From assembly GCA_963804995.1 (NCBI GenBank), contig CAWDSK010000003.1, forward strand, positions 160,001 through 224,000: 64,000 nucleotides of DNA, read 5' to 3'. Each line of letters opens with the position of its first letter. Position 1 is the stretch's first letter. Source of the DNA: an uncultured Acidobacteriota bacterium (GTDB taxonomy: Bacteria > Acidobacteriota > Terriglobia > UBA7540). Made by a program: the position numbers and the translations under genes. Below the pieces are notes generated by a model. That model did no database searches. It saw only the letters and a program-made list of their open reading frames with translations, and was not told where the DNA came from. This document shows, piece by piece, positions 42,785-52,976 of this stretch.

Positions 42785-43756
42785 ATGAACTCTCTCGATC
42801 GGCGTGATTTTATGAAGACCGTAGCAGGAACTGCCGCACTGGCGGCTGGCGAAGCTCGGGTGGGCGCGGCCGAAACATCCGGTCCGGTATTCCTATCCAC
42901 CTGGGCGCATGGCAAACCGGCGAATGAACGCGCCGCGGAAGTCTTCAAGGGCGGTGGCAGCCTGCTGGATGCGGTTGAGAAAGGCATCAACGTGCCGGAG
43001 AACGATCCCGCCGTAACCAGTGTCGGCTATGGTGGGCTGCCCAATGCCGAAGGGGTGGTCGAGCTCAACGCTGCCATCATGGACGGCGCGCGGCATCGTG
43101 CCGGCTCCGTGTGCAACCTGCACATGATCAAGAATCCCATTTCGGTGGCGCGCCTGGTAATGGAAAAGACTCGCCACACCACGCTGGCGGGTGAGGGAGC
43201 CTTTCGCTTCGCGCTGAAAATGGGGTTCGAGCCCCAAACCCTCCTCACACCCCAGAGCCTTGCGAAGTGGCAGGAATGGAAAGCCAATCCCAAGCACGAA
43301 ACCTTCTGGCTGACTCCGGAGAACCACGACACCATCGGGATGGTGGCGACGGATGGCAAGGGACACGTAGTCTCGGGCTGCTCGACTTCCGGCCTGGCGT
43401 GGAAAATTCCGGGCCGCGTGGGAGACTCACCGCTGGTGGGGTGCGGAGTTTGCGCCGATGATAACGTGGGCGCGGCTTCGGCCACGGGGGATGGCGATCT
43501 GATGACCAATTACTGCACCAGCATCTCGATTGTGCACACCATGGCGCGCGGGGCGTCACCGCAGGAAGCGTGTATGGAATTGCTGCGTCACATGGTCAAA
43601 ACGGATTCGCGGAATAAGGACGGCCAGGTGGGAGTGATCGCCATCAACACGCGCGGCGAGATCGGCGCAGCCTGCATGAATGACCTCTTCCACTTGAAAT
43701 ACGCGATCTGGCAAAACGGGGAGAGCCAGATAGTTGATTCCGTGAAGCTGATTTAG
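42785..43756 (+). CDS. Tat-exported glycosylasparaginase (asparaginase-2, Ntn hydrolase)
   Basis: DRRDFM, SVGYGGLP, HDTIG autocleavage site, STSG, GRVGDSP, ATGDG. Confidence 0.9.
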   Translation: MNSLDRRDFMKTVAGTAALAAGEARVGAAETSGPVFLSTWAHGKPANERAAEVFKGGGSLLDAVEKGINVPENDPAVTSVGYGGLPNAEGVVELNAAIMDGARHRAGSVCNLHMIKNPISVARLVMEKTRHTTLAGEGAFRFALKMGFEPQTLLTPQSLAKWQEWKANPKHETFWLTPENHDTIGMVATDGKGHVVSGCSTSGLAWKIPGRVGDSPLVGCGVCADDNVGAASATGDGDLMTNYCTSISIVHTMARGASPQEACMELLRHMVKTDSRNKDGQVGVIAINTRGEIGAACMNDLFHLKYAIWQNGESQIVDSVKLI

Positions 43757-43787
43757 TGATATAGCGGTTGTCGGAGGTTACACTGCT

Positions 43788-43958
43788 GACCCCCTCACCC
43801 GTCCCGCTCCGGCTGATGAAAACGCCGGCAGCGGTCCACCCTCTCCCCCAAAGGGGCGAGGGTTATAAGCTCCAATCAACCGCTCTCTCCTCTGCCTAAA
43901 TTCAAATTAAATCCCCCTCGGTCGACGTGGCGACAGAGGGGCCGGGGGTGAGGGGGTT
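43788..43958. repeat. Palindromic repeat, CCCCTCACCC family
   Basis: Highly similar to 38094-38264. Confidence 0.85.
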
Positions 43959-44074
43959 GTAGTATCCAGCGCAGAAGCACCACTCGAGGGGGCTTTTTAC
44001 TTTTGCCTTTTGACTTTCCTTTGCGGCTCGGTCGGGTGCCAGGGGACGTTTCCAAGCACGTCTATCATCCCCCG

Positions 44075-44253
44075 ACTCCCCTCCTCAGATGAGGAGGGGT
44101 GGCGCTCAGAGCGCCGGGGTGGTGCTGAAATAGGTAATGCTGATCGCGGCGGCAAGCCGACCGGCAGATGGGATAACCACCCCGTCGCCTCAGGTGCCCG
44201 CGTAACCACCCCGTCGCCTACGGCGCCACCCCTCCTGAATCAGGAGGGGAGTT
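44075..44253. repeat. CCCCTCCT-N-AGGAGGGG repeat pair overlapping the CPBP gene end
   Basis: Supplies codons NSPPDSGGVAP and the stop of 44218-47595. Confidence 0.85.
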
Positions 44254-47200
44254 ACGGGGCATTGTCAATTCCGTGCCACCCGGAGTCCAGAACATCCACG
44301 CCAGCACCGCTGCGGACAACAAGGCCAGCACGGCGCCATTCCAGAGAAAGAAGCTGCTGGGTTGCGTGAATGACTTCACCAAAGGTTCCCCCACCTGGGC
44401 ACAGAAAATCACCAGCACATAGGCCAGGATGTTGTCGCGAAGGAAAAGTCCAACCCCGACAACCACAGCTACCAGGGGGAGAAAATTCTCCACCCACGCA
44501 GCAGCATAAGCGCCCACCGAGTGCGCCTGCGTAGGCCCGAGCGATACCAGCAGGAGCGCAATCCCCACCCACAGCCACCACGCCCGAAGCTTCCACCCCA
44601 GGCGGACCACGAGGATTGCTATTCCCACCAAAGCCGCGTAAATCAAGCTCCGGGCAAGAGCGGGGAGGAAGAACCCCAGAGCGGGCGATAGGGTGTTGAA
44701 AGTCGGAGGGAAAAAGTCGTAGTTGATGGGGGCATAGGCATGAAAGAAATTCGTCAGGAGGGCCTCCAGCCGCGCCAGCCCCGCGCCGGTGGCAACGGAC
44801 AGAATCCCCACAACTAAAGCGTCGCGGCGCCACACGCGGCGTGCCGGCCCACGCCAGAGCCCCCAGGCGGCGGGATAGAAGCTCGCGGCCAATCCCAGCA
44901 ACAGCCACGCAATCAAGCCCATCACCAGCGGTATCACGATCACGCTAACCCCGACCTGGACGTAAAAAAGGTTGAGCGGACTCAACGTGTCGTAGTTCTG
45001 GTCGAACATACTTATCTCATTCAAGGTTGACGCGAGAAACAGCATGGTGACCCCGACTCCAAACTTTGCCGAGCGTTTCCAGGGCATGCGTCCGGACCGC
45101 ACCTGGCTGACAAAGAGAATCAACCCGACCGCCACTAACGCGATGGCCATCAGGATGGACGCCCCTTTCAGCACGAAGTTGATAAGCCGGTTGCTCTGCC
45201 GTTCCCGCACCCATTCTTCCGGCAACTTAAAAAATCGCGAGAACCCCACCACCTGGTCACCGGCAATATTCACATCGAGTCGATAGTGGGCATCTCCGAC
45301 ATTGCGAGAATCGCCGGGCTTGGCCTGCCAAACCAGCGTGTAGTCTTCGCGGGCCTTGCGCTCTTGCGCCTCGGAATCTTGCAGGTCGAAGTCCTCCAAG
45401 CGGTATCCGTGCTCACGCACCGCCCCGGCGGCCAACTCAAGCGCCTGATCAGAGGTGAGTTTGGCGCCCGGCGCGTCCTCGGCGAGCATGTGGTGGTATC
45501 CAAAGACCTCGCCCGAACCCGGATCGACATAAACCAGGTACTCTTCCTTTTCGAGGGGGCGGAAATAGCGGACGTGCCACAAGGCAAGGCGGGTTGCCTG
45601 GCGGTAAATCTGGTCGGACCGCTCAAGGGATTTGCGCTCCGCAATGTATCGAAGGGCCTGCGGATCAATGTTCTCACTGACCCACACCACATGCCGGTAA
45701 GTAGCCGGATCAATCTGACGATGGCGCAAGAAATCGTCGGCGATGCTGAGCGCGTCGTGCGGAGATTCGCGCAGGAAACTTCCCTTCCCAAATTGATAAA
45801 CGGGGATGGATGCCAGGGCGGTGAAAATCAGCGTCAGAGCGCCTGCCAGCATGAGTCGCGACTTGCGAAGGGGTTCGTAGACGAGTGGCGCATCTACTAT
45901 TGCGGCCGGCTCCTCGTGGGGAGGTGCGGCGACCTTTCCTGCCCCATTCAGCAACGGACCCTCGTCCGAAAATGAGCCGGTTTTCAAGTACGCGCCGCAC
46001 GCCACGATCAGCGGGATGAGCATGATCCCCGCCGCCGCTGCGCCAGACAGCATCAGGTAATGATTGGGCGAGCAGATTAGAAGAAACGCGGTGTAGAGCG
46101 CATCCACTGAGTAGTGCCAGATCAGCGTGGCCAGGATTCCGAAACGCAGCATGATAACGCCAACAATGATGCCCCCCAAGCCCACCTCCAAGCCGCGGAT
46201 AAAGAAGGGTTGATTGGGATAGGCCGAGTGCAGGAATCCCCAGATGAAGGCCGACAGCACCACGGCCGCCGGCCCTGACTTCAGGAATCTCCGTAGCACG
46301 GGGATGGCAAAAGCGCGGAATTGTATTTCCTCGGAGACCGCCGGCATGAATCCCATGAAGAGAACCATGACCCACGGGAAGCGCGTATTGAGCAAATCCG
46401 AGAAGGGAACATCCGCAGGCGCCCAGGCTCCGAGTTTATCGGCGGCAAGATAGAACACGGTTTGATAAGCGAAGAAGAAGAACGTCATGGCGATTCCCAC
46501 CACGTTCGCGAGAAAGAAGGAACGGGTGCGAAGTCCCTGCCAACTGAAGTAACCACGAATGGAAAGGGCGCCCGGGTAGGCGTCGCGATAGACGGGCTCC
46601 GAACTGGCCAACAGGAGGAAGATGAGCGCGCCCAACCCCAGGGCGGAGAGCAGATTGTCCCGCACGTAGGTACTGACAAAGCTCGAATATGGATCCGTGG
46701 TGCGATAGCCGAATTCCGCCAGCGAAAAGGTATTCAACTGGCCGAGGAAATAGAGGATGGCGGCGACCAATCCGAACCCTATGGAAAGCCTGATGGGTAC
46801 GTCGCGCTTGCGCACGCGCTGGATGAGCAGCGCGAGGCCCACTATGCACAAGAGGATCCAGGGGACTTCATCCACAACCTGGGCGGCATTGTTGCGGGAA
46901 CGCAGCTTTTCGTAGTCGCGGGTCCACCCTTCGGGGATCTTGAGGAATTCCCGATAGCCCCCCACCTGGTCACCATCCACTTCCACTTCCAGGCGCCAAC
47001 TGCCCTCACCGAGTTCGATATTCTTTTGCTTCCAGGTGAAGGAATGATCGGTTCGCGCCTGGCGTTTTTCTATTTGGGTATCGACAAACTCCAACCCCGC
47101 CAGGTCACGCCGCATAACCTCCAAAAGAAACTTCTCTGCGATGGCACGAGCGGCTGCCGGTTCCAAATTCGCACCCGGCGCCGATTCCAGCACGTCATGG

Positions 47201-47595
47201 TCGAAGCCCACCACCTGTCCCGCGGGACTGACATCTACGCGGAATTCTTCTTTCTGTTGCGGCTTGAACCAGCGGTGCGACCAATGCCACAGTTGGATGG
47301 GACCCCGCGACAGGGTATCCATGCGCTCGAGGCCTTGCGTGCGCTCCAGATAGACCTTGGCGTTGTCGTCGTATTCAAACACCGCGGCATGCCGGTAGCC
47401 TTGAATATTCCAGGCGCGCTCCGCCAGGAATTTCAGGGCCAGCGGCGTAGAATCGTCGCGGTTCACACGAAACTCAATGGCGGCCTCAGGAAAGGCGTGG
47501 GAAAAGTACTTTACTCCAATGGCCAGTGAGATGGCCGCCACAGTAACCGCAATTGCGATGGTTCGGCGGTCGGTAGAAGATAAGGTCGTCGCCAT
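44218..47595 (-). CDS. Large CPBP (CAAX/Abi) intramembrane metalloprotease with internal duplication
   Basis: SEEIQFR, WGFLH, HYSVD motifs; many TM helices; two homologous soluble domains. Confidence 0.85.
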   Translation of the reverse strand: MATTLSSTDRRTIAIAVTVAAISLAIGVKYFSHAFPEAAIEFRVNRDDSTPLALKFLAERAWNIQGYRHAAVFEYDDNAKVYLERTQGLERMDTLSRGPIQLWHWSHRWFKPQQKEEFRVDVSPAGQVVGFDHDVLESAPGANLEPAAARAIAEKFLLEVMRRDLAGLEFVDTQIEKRQARTDHSFTWKQKNIELGEGSWRLEVEVDGDQVGGYREFLKIPEGWTRDYEKLRSRNNAAQVVDEVPWILLCIVGLALLIQRVRKRDVPIRLSIGFGLVAAILYFLGQLNTFSLAEFGYRTTDPYSSFVSTYVRDNLLSALGLGALIFLLLASSEPVYRDAYPGALSIRGYFSWQGLRTRSFFLANVVGIAMTFFFFAYQTVFYLAADKLGAWAPADVPFSDLLNTRFPWVMVLFMGFMPAVSEEIQFRAFAIPVLRRFLKSGPAAVVLSAFIWGFLHSAYPNQPFFIRGLEVGLGGIIVGVIMLRFGILATLIWHYSVDALYTAFLLICSPNHYLMLSGAAAAGIMLIPLIVACGAYLKTGSFSDEGPLLNGAGKVAAPPHEEPAAIVDAPLVYEPLRKSRLMLAGALTLIFTALASIPVYQFGKGSFLRESPHDALSIADDFLRHRQIDPATYRHVVWVSENIDPQALRYIAERKSLERSDQIYRQATRLALWHVRYFRPLEKEEYLVYVDPGSGEVFGYHHMLAEDAPGAKLTSDQALELAAGAVREHGYRLEDFDLQDSEAQERKAREDYTLVWQAKPGDSRNVGDAHYRLDVNIAGDQVVGFSRFFKLPEEWVRERQSNRLINFVLKGASILMAIALVAVGLILFVSQVRSGRMPWKRSAKFGVGVTMLFLASTLNEISMFDQNYDTLSPLNLFYVQVGVSVIVIPLVMGLIAWLLLGLAASFYPAAWGLWRGPARRVWRRDALVVGILSVATGAGLARLEALLTNFFHAYAPINYDFFPPTFNTLSPALGFFLPALARSLIYAALVGIAILVVRLGWKLRAWWLWVGIALLLVSLGPTQAHSVGAYAAAWVENFLPLVAVVVGVGLFLRDNILAYVLVIFCAQVGEPLVKSFTQPSSFFLWNGAVLALLSAAVLAWMFWTPGGTELTMPRNSPPDSGGVAP

Positions 47596-47700
47596 AGGCT
47601 CCTCTGCTTTGCACTGCGAACGTCTTACAGGCATTCGATTCGAACCGCTGCAGGTTATTTAGCGCGGTCGGTCACCTCTAAGATAGAGGACCGCCCGGCT

Positions 47701-48144
47701 TCAAGACAGCTCTTTTACCATCACCCAGGCAGCAGTTCCATCGGAATAATAGCCCTCGATCTCACTTACTTTCTGGTAGCCCCGCGCTTTGTAGAAACGC
47801 TGCGCCGCACGATTATCCTCGGCGGTTTCAAGACCGATCAGGCGGAGCTCCTGCTCTCTCGCCCAGCCCTCCGCGGCATCCATCAGGAGCGAGCCCACCC
47901 GGCGGCGGCGCCAGGCTTCCACCACGTCGATCGTAACGATGTGCAGGATTTTGCGCGGCTCCCGATTGGCAATCAGAAAACCGGTGATCTCACCGCCTTC
48001 TTCCGCTATCCATGTCTGGGATTGCCGATGTCCGATGAAGCGCGCCAGTTCTGACCGCGAATAAGAAATCCCCGGGGCAAAACACGACTGATCGATCTTG
48101 TACAACTCTTCAAGGTCCGCGGGAAGGAAGGAGCGAAGGCGCAT
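47701..48144 (-). CDS. RimI-like GNAT acetyltransferase
   Basis: IDQSCF, TIDV..WRRRRVG, NRAAQRFY, GYYSDG. Confidence 0.85.
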   Translation of the reverse strand: MRLRSFLPADLEELYKIDQSCFAPGISYSRSELARFIGHRQSQTWIAEEGGEITGFLIANREPRKILHIVTIDVVEAWRRRRVGSLLMDAAEGWAREQELRLIGLETAEDNRAAQRFYKARGYQKVSEIEGYYSDGTAAWVMVKELS

Positions 48145-48517
48145 GGGCGGTCCAGGTTAGGTGCGTACAAACGTTTGCGGTGTTGGGAAAATAAGAATGG
48201 TTCAATCCTTTGGTTGCGGCTCCACCGCGCCGCGCTCGCCTCGAGACTCCGAGGTGGAACCAAAGTCCGTTGGCCTAAGAGCCGAGGCGGTAGATCTGCA
48301 AATCCAGCCGGGCGCGAGGTGAGGAGGTCGGGCGCGGCATCACCTGCTGTCCCACTCTAATTTTGCGGGCCCGCGGCGTGTTGTAAACAAGTGGGACTGT
48401 CCCACTTGTTACTCTCCGCGCGGCATAGCGCGCGAGGTCCCACCAACTTTCCCGCCCTCATGCGTTTTTTTCCTATGACATTTCACTAGCGGATTCGCCG
48501 CGCCAAGCAACACTGCC

Positions 48518-49660
48518 TCACTCTTCCCGCCCGCAGGCGATTTCCAACAGCCGGTCGATGTCAGCCTCGTCATTGTAGAGATAGGGCGAAACCCGGATCA
48601 TCCCCTGGCGCAAACTCACTCCGATGTGATGCGCGCGCAGCCTTGCGTGTAACCGTGCCGTCGCTTCGAGTGTCGAGGCATGGAAGCCGAGGATCGTCGA
48701 CTCATGGCCAGGCTGCGCCGCCTCAGATAGCGTATAGCCACAAGCCAGCAGTCCCTGGCCCAAGCGATCAAGAAGAGCGCGACAGTGCGCGTACACCGCC
48801 TTGGTCGTGACACCCTCCACATATTCCAGCGAGGCGTCCAGTCCGGAAAGATTAATGAAACTTCCAGTTTCACCCGAATCGAAAACCCGCGCGTCGTGAA
48901 TCAAGGTGAATTGGTCTTTAGGAAGCGAGTCGAAATTCTCCGCGCCTTCCACCGCGTACCAGTTGATGACCGCGAGATCCAGTTTGCCGATGAGATCACG
49001 CTGCACATAGGCAAACGCCGTCCCGTAGGGGCCCAGCAGCCACTTGTACGCGGCGCAGGCCATCACGTCCACAGGCACGGCATTGAGATCCAACTCGATT
49101 GCCCCCACACCCTGGGTGCCGTCCACCACAAAAATCCCACCGAAGTCGTGAATCAATTTTCCAAACGCAGTGAGGTCAATGCGATATCCGCTGGTATAAC
49201 CGACCCAATCGAGCGCCAGCACACGGGTCCGCTTAGTGACGACGGCCGCCATTTGTTCAATCGTCACTTCCCCGTCGGTGGGATTGACGACCTTCACGTC
49301 CACACCTTTCCGCCGTAGATGAAGCCAGGTGAAAAGGTTCGACGGAAAATTCGAGCTGGCCACGACTACTTCATCCCCCACGCCCAGCCCCATGCCGGCC
49401 GCCACTATTCCAATGCCCTGCGTGGCACTGGTCGTGACGGCGATTTCCGTGGGGTCCGAGCCTACCAGTCGTGCGATCCGGGTGCGCACGCTCTTCGGCA
49501 AACGAAAGTAATCCGACTTGTCCTGAAGGCTGGGATTGGATTTGAGTTCAATCGCCTGGCGAAACCGATCCGCCGCAACGAGCGGGCAGGGAGCCTGGTA
49601 GGCGCAGTTGAGATAAATAGTAGGCGAGAAATCTGAGAATTCGTGACGATAGCTACGCAT
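48518..49660 (-). CDS. Class V PLP-dependent aminotransferase (cysteine desulfurase/epimerase-like)
   Basis: YLNCA, NFPS, VDGTQ, AYKWLLGP, RVSPYLYN. Confidence 0.88.
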   Translation of the reverse strand: MRSYRHEFSDFSPTIYLNCAYQAPCPLVAADRFRQAIELKSNPSLQDKSDYFRLPKSVRTRIARLVGSDPTEIAVTTSATQGIGIVAAGMGLGVGDEVVVASSNFPSNLFTWLHLRRKGVDVKVVNPTDGEVTIEQMAAVVTKRTRVLALDWVGYTSGYRIDLTAFGKLIHDFGGIFVVDGTQGVGAIELDLNAVPVDVMACAAYKWLLGPYGTAFAYVQRDLIGKLDLAVINWYAVEGAENFDSLPKDQFTLIHDARVFDSGETGSFINLSGLDASLEYVEGVTTKAVYAHCRALLDRLGQGLLACGYTLSEAAQPGHESTILGFHASTLEATARLHARLRAHHIGVSLRQGMIRVSPYLYNDEADIDRLLEIACGREE

Positions 49661-49777
49661 AAGCCAATCCAATCTACAGCCTGGAACCAACCCACACAAG
49701 CTCTTCCGGTTTTCCAACGAGTGCGGCAGCGACTGGTGGCCTTCGGAAACTGCCCCGCCTGATCAGGCAGGCTAATC

Positions 49778-50605
49778 TCACTTTCCAAACATCCGTGCCA
49801 GCAGGGATGTCTTGGGTTTTCCCTGAGCCTGGAGAGGGACTGCCGCGAGCAGGGGTTCCACTCTTTCCGGCGGCCAAGGCGCCCCTTGACGCTCCCAGGA
49901 GGCCACTTCCAGAAGCGAAGTCCAAAGCTCCAGGCAGTGCAGGCAGGACGTGCGGTGGGCCTCCGCCGGATCCTTGTCGTACCAGCTTGCCTGGCCATCC
50001 AGGATGCGGATGAGCAGCCGCAACGGTGCGCAATCTTTCTGCCCACCGACCCGAGCCGCGTGACTGATGCCAATCCAGGCGGAAGGCCAGAGGCAGCGGT
50101 CCCCGGTTCGATCCAATACTCGCGCGTAATGGGAGCGCAGGCGGCCAAGTCCCTCGCCCGCCACGGAAGGAGAGATTCTCAAGATCCTTTCGATCGTCCC
50201 CTGGGAATAACCGGCGAGCGCGAGAAAATCAATTTCCTGATGTACCAGGGGCAAGCCTTTGAGTATCTCGACGAGTATATCTGCTGTGGGCGCCGGCGGC
50301 TCAAGGGCATCATGGGAGGGCACCAGCTTAGTAGCCATCCAATCCATCAGGAACCCACGCAGGTTCACCAGGAACTCGCGCTTCGACTGGTGTGAGAAAC
50401 TCCGCAGAGGCGCGCATTGGTCTCTTGTCAGGGCGCGCAAAGCCTCCGGCCAGAACTCCAAGCACTGGTCAACGGTCCACGGCGAATAAGTCTCGAACAG
50501 CCTGAAAGCAATGGGCGAGTAATCAGCAAGCAAAGCTTGCCAGGCGTCACGGTTCCCTTCCTCGCACCCTGGAAGGATTCTGTGAAAGGTCATCAAATTG
50601 GACAT
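49778..50605 (-). CDS. Degenerate ECF-sigma-like protein fused to an HxxxCxxC (ZAS) domain
   Basis: GCEEGNRDAWQALL, LKGLP..GYSQGTIERILRIS, ILDGQ...AHRTSCLHC. Confidence 0.55.
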   Translation of the reverse strand: MSNLMTFHRILPGCEEGNRDAWQALLADYSPIAFRLFETYSPWTVDQCLEFWPEALRALTRDQCAPLRSFSHQSKREFLVNLRGFLMDWMATKLVPSHDALEPPAPTADILVEILKGLPLVHQEIDFLALAGYSQGTIERILRISPSVAGEGLGRLRSHYARVLDRTGDRCLWPSAWIGISHAARVGGQKDCAPLRLLIRILDGQASWYDKDPAEAHRTSCLHCLELWTSLLEVASWERQGAPWPPERVEPLLAAVPLQAQGKPKTSLLARMFGK

Positions 50606-50695
50606 ATTGGATTTAAGCAGTCCTGCTGGGCAGGCCCGGCGCACACACGGCCTTTAAGAAACGTGGGGACAAGCGAACTATCGGGACCCAGTCGC

Positions 50696-51238
50696 TTACT
50701 TTCGCTGGGCCTCGCGAATGCTCTCCTCCAAGTGCTCAGACACCACGGCGGCCGTATCGTTAACCGCTTGATCCAGGGAAGGAGGATTGTAAGGCCGTTT
50801 GATTGAATCCTGCCACACCGAAGCGCCGGTGCGGTCGGAAATGAAAACCTCAGAATGCACCATCTTCAACCGGCGCGACTCCAGGCACGACCCCCGTACC
50901 GTGGCGTCAGCTTCCTTGGGTTTGGTAACGAGGTGAAACCGTCCCGATTTGCCGAGCGCTTCGACCAGCTTATCGTTTAGCGAGTTGTCAATCCTCTCAA
51001 TGTAAAGGGTGTGGATTCGCATTAATTTCCGCGCGTCAGTAACGGTCTGGGTTCGCGGTCCGCCTCCGCCTCCCAAACTCGGAGCCGGTGCAGGACCCAG
51101 CGTAGGACGCTCCTCCTGCCGGGGCTGCTGCGGTGGCGGTTGCTGTTCGGGTGAATTTTCCGGCTTTTGCTCTTGCTGTGCCCACACCGACAGTGCGGCG
51201 ACGAGACACATCGCCACCCACCAACCACTTCTTTTCAT
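50696..51238 (-). CDS. Exported hypothetical protein
   Basis: Signal peptide, Pro/Gln linker. Confidence 0.65.
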   Translation of the reverse strand: MKRSGWWVAMCLVAALSVWAQQEQKPENSPEQQPPPQQPRQEERPTLGPAPAPSLGGGGGPRTQTVTDARKLMRIHTLYIERIDNSLNDKLVEALGKSGRFHLVTKPKEADATVRGSCLESRRLKMVHSEVFISDRTGASVWQDSIKRPYNPPSLDQAVNDTAAVVSEHLEESIREAQRK

Positions 51239-51294
51239 GGCGACCTCATTACGCAGAATCTCTGCGGATCAGGCCCAATCCAGCCGCGCGGCGC

Positions 51295-51624
51295 TTATTG
51301 ACTATTCAACCTTTGATTAGCCCGGAGCGACCGTTGGCGGTCTTTCAAATCCTGCATCGAGTCCCTCTGCGCCTCCCGCATGTTACGCTGTGTGCGTTCC
51401 ATTTGGTGTTTGGCCTGCACGCGTTGGGATTTAGGGACCCGCTGCCCATTCCAAGAACGCTTTACATTCTTCTGTTGGATCTTCAAAAGACCGCGCTCGC
51501 GTTTCTGCTGCGCCTTAAGCTGCTTTTGTTGCTCTCTCAGATTGGAGTTCTGGGCTCGGACGGTGCGGACCGCACTGAGACCCAAACTAAGCGTAATAAG
51601 CATCACAACCAGAAGGTTGCGCAT
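51295..51624 (-). CDS. Small exported Gln/Arg/Lys-rich coiled-coil protein
   Basis: Signal peptide; GGAGG SD upstream. Confidence 0.6.
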   Translation of the reverse strand: MRNLLVVMLITLSLGLSAVRTVRAQNSNLREQQKQLKAQQKRERGLLKIQQKNVKRSWNGQRVPKSQRVQAKHQMERTQRNMREAQRDSMQDLKDRQRSLRANQRLNSQ

Positions 51625-51896
51625 CCTGCCTCCCTAGGCGCTTTGGTAACTGCTAGACGCGAACATGCCCTGTCCTGAGCTTACCGGCTGGAGTATCCCC
51701 TCTCCATCTGTATCTTAGCGAGATTATGCCCAGAGTACAACACCTTCCCTTGCTGGAGGGCGGCACTAAGGCGCCGGACGGTCCACGGTCGGGTTCCCAC
51801 ACGAAGCGCGTCTGGCAATGCCGTCCCTTCCCCCCGAGAAGCAATTTTCTCCACGCCTGCTCATCAAGAGATACCCTGTCCCCTTCAGGAGATATC

Positions 51897-52976
51897 CTAG
51901 CCAGCTTCCGACACGGCAGGACGGAAGAAAACGTAAAGCATCCAAATCACAGTGGCAATACCGGCAACCAGCAGCACGGCAAACAAAGCGAACACGCCCC
52001 ATTGGCCTTGCACGGGCAGGCGGTGAGGATCAAAGTAAGGCTGAAGATAGGCAATTCGCACCAAGTGCCGCATTACCGCCATCAGGCAGATCGTGGCGAT
52101 GATTGCGGTGGTCGAAGCCGTAAGGCTGCGGCGCGCAATCACCACGGCCAGAATCGCGAACACCACCGCCACCGCCAGCAATCCAGTCGCAAATGCGCTC
52201 GTACCCAGAAACTGCCCGCGCACGTTCGCAGGCAGACTGAGCAGAAACCAGATCCCGACCAGGAACTCGGTGCCCGTGCCGGCCTGAAACCAGCGCAATC
52301 CATAGCGATGCGCCCAGGCGGCTAATTCCGGTGCTTCTTTCCTCCAAAGGCGCGAAACGAGCGCCACACCCAATCCCGCCACGGCCAGTGAAGCCACCAC
52401 AAAATGCAGCAGGCGCGCCACGCCTGAACTGGTCAACGGGCCCAGAATGCCGCCTACGTTGCCGCTCAGGAACTGCTTGTAGAAATCCTGAGGGTGCAGC
52501 ATGGCAGTCAGGTTTTTGGAGAAGAAGAGTGCCACATGCACGAAGATGACGCTGGTGGCCAGCATGACCCACGGCGCGCGCCGGCCCAATTCCTGCTGCT
52601 GCAGGTTGAACCAATATACGCCGTAGTATCCGAGCATCACCAGGAAGACGATGGCCAGCCAGAACCAGGCCATCATCACCGAAGAGGTGTAGAAAAGCTG
52701 GCCATACACAACTTGCAGGAAGAGCAACGGCGCTACGCCGAGCGTAATGGCAAATGCCACCACGGGCGGCAAAGCCTGCGCAACGCGGCGGGAAAATTCA
52801 CGGTGTTTGCTGTCCTTCAGGCCGAGAAAGCTTGAAACGGTTGCCATCACTACTCCACCCAGCAGAAAGTTCATGGGCAGCAGATGAAGGATAAAGGTGA
52901 ATACGAGTAGAAACTCGAGCAACCACACGGGCGCGGGCAACGGCACGGGAACCGGCGCAGGGATTACGGGGATCAT
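51897..52976 (-). CDS. CydA-paralogous membrane protein (CydA'-like)
   Basis: FILHLLPMN, GVAPLLFLQ, RLLHFVVASLAVAG; overlaps the upstream gene. Confidence 0.65.
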   Translation of the reverse strand: MIPVIPAPVPVPLPAPVWLLEFLLVFTFILHLLPMNFLLGGVVMATVSSFLGLKDSKHREFSRRVAQALPPVVAFAITLGVAPLLFLQVVYGQLFYTSSVMMAWFWLAIVFLVMLGYYGVYWFNLQQQELGRRAPWVMLATSVIFVHVALFFSKNLTAMLHPQDFYKQFLSGNVGGILGPLTSSGVARLLHFVVASLAVAGLGVALVSRLWRKEAPELAAWAHRYGLRWFQAGTGTEFLVGIWFLLSLPANVRGQFLGTSAFATGLLAVAVVFAILAVVIARRSLTASTTAIIATICLMAVMRHLVRIAYLQPYFDPHRLPVQGQWGVFALFAVLLVAGIATVIWMLYVFFRPAVSEAG

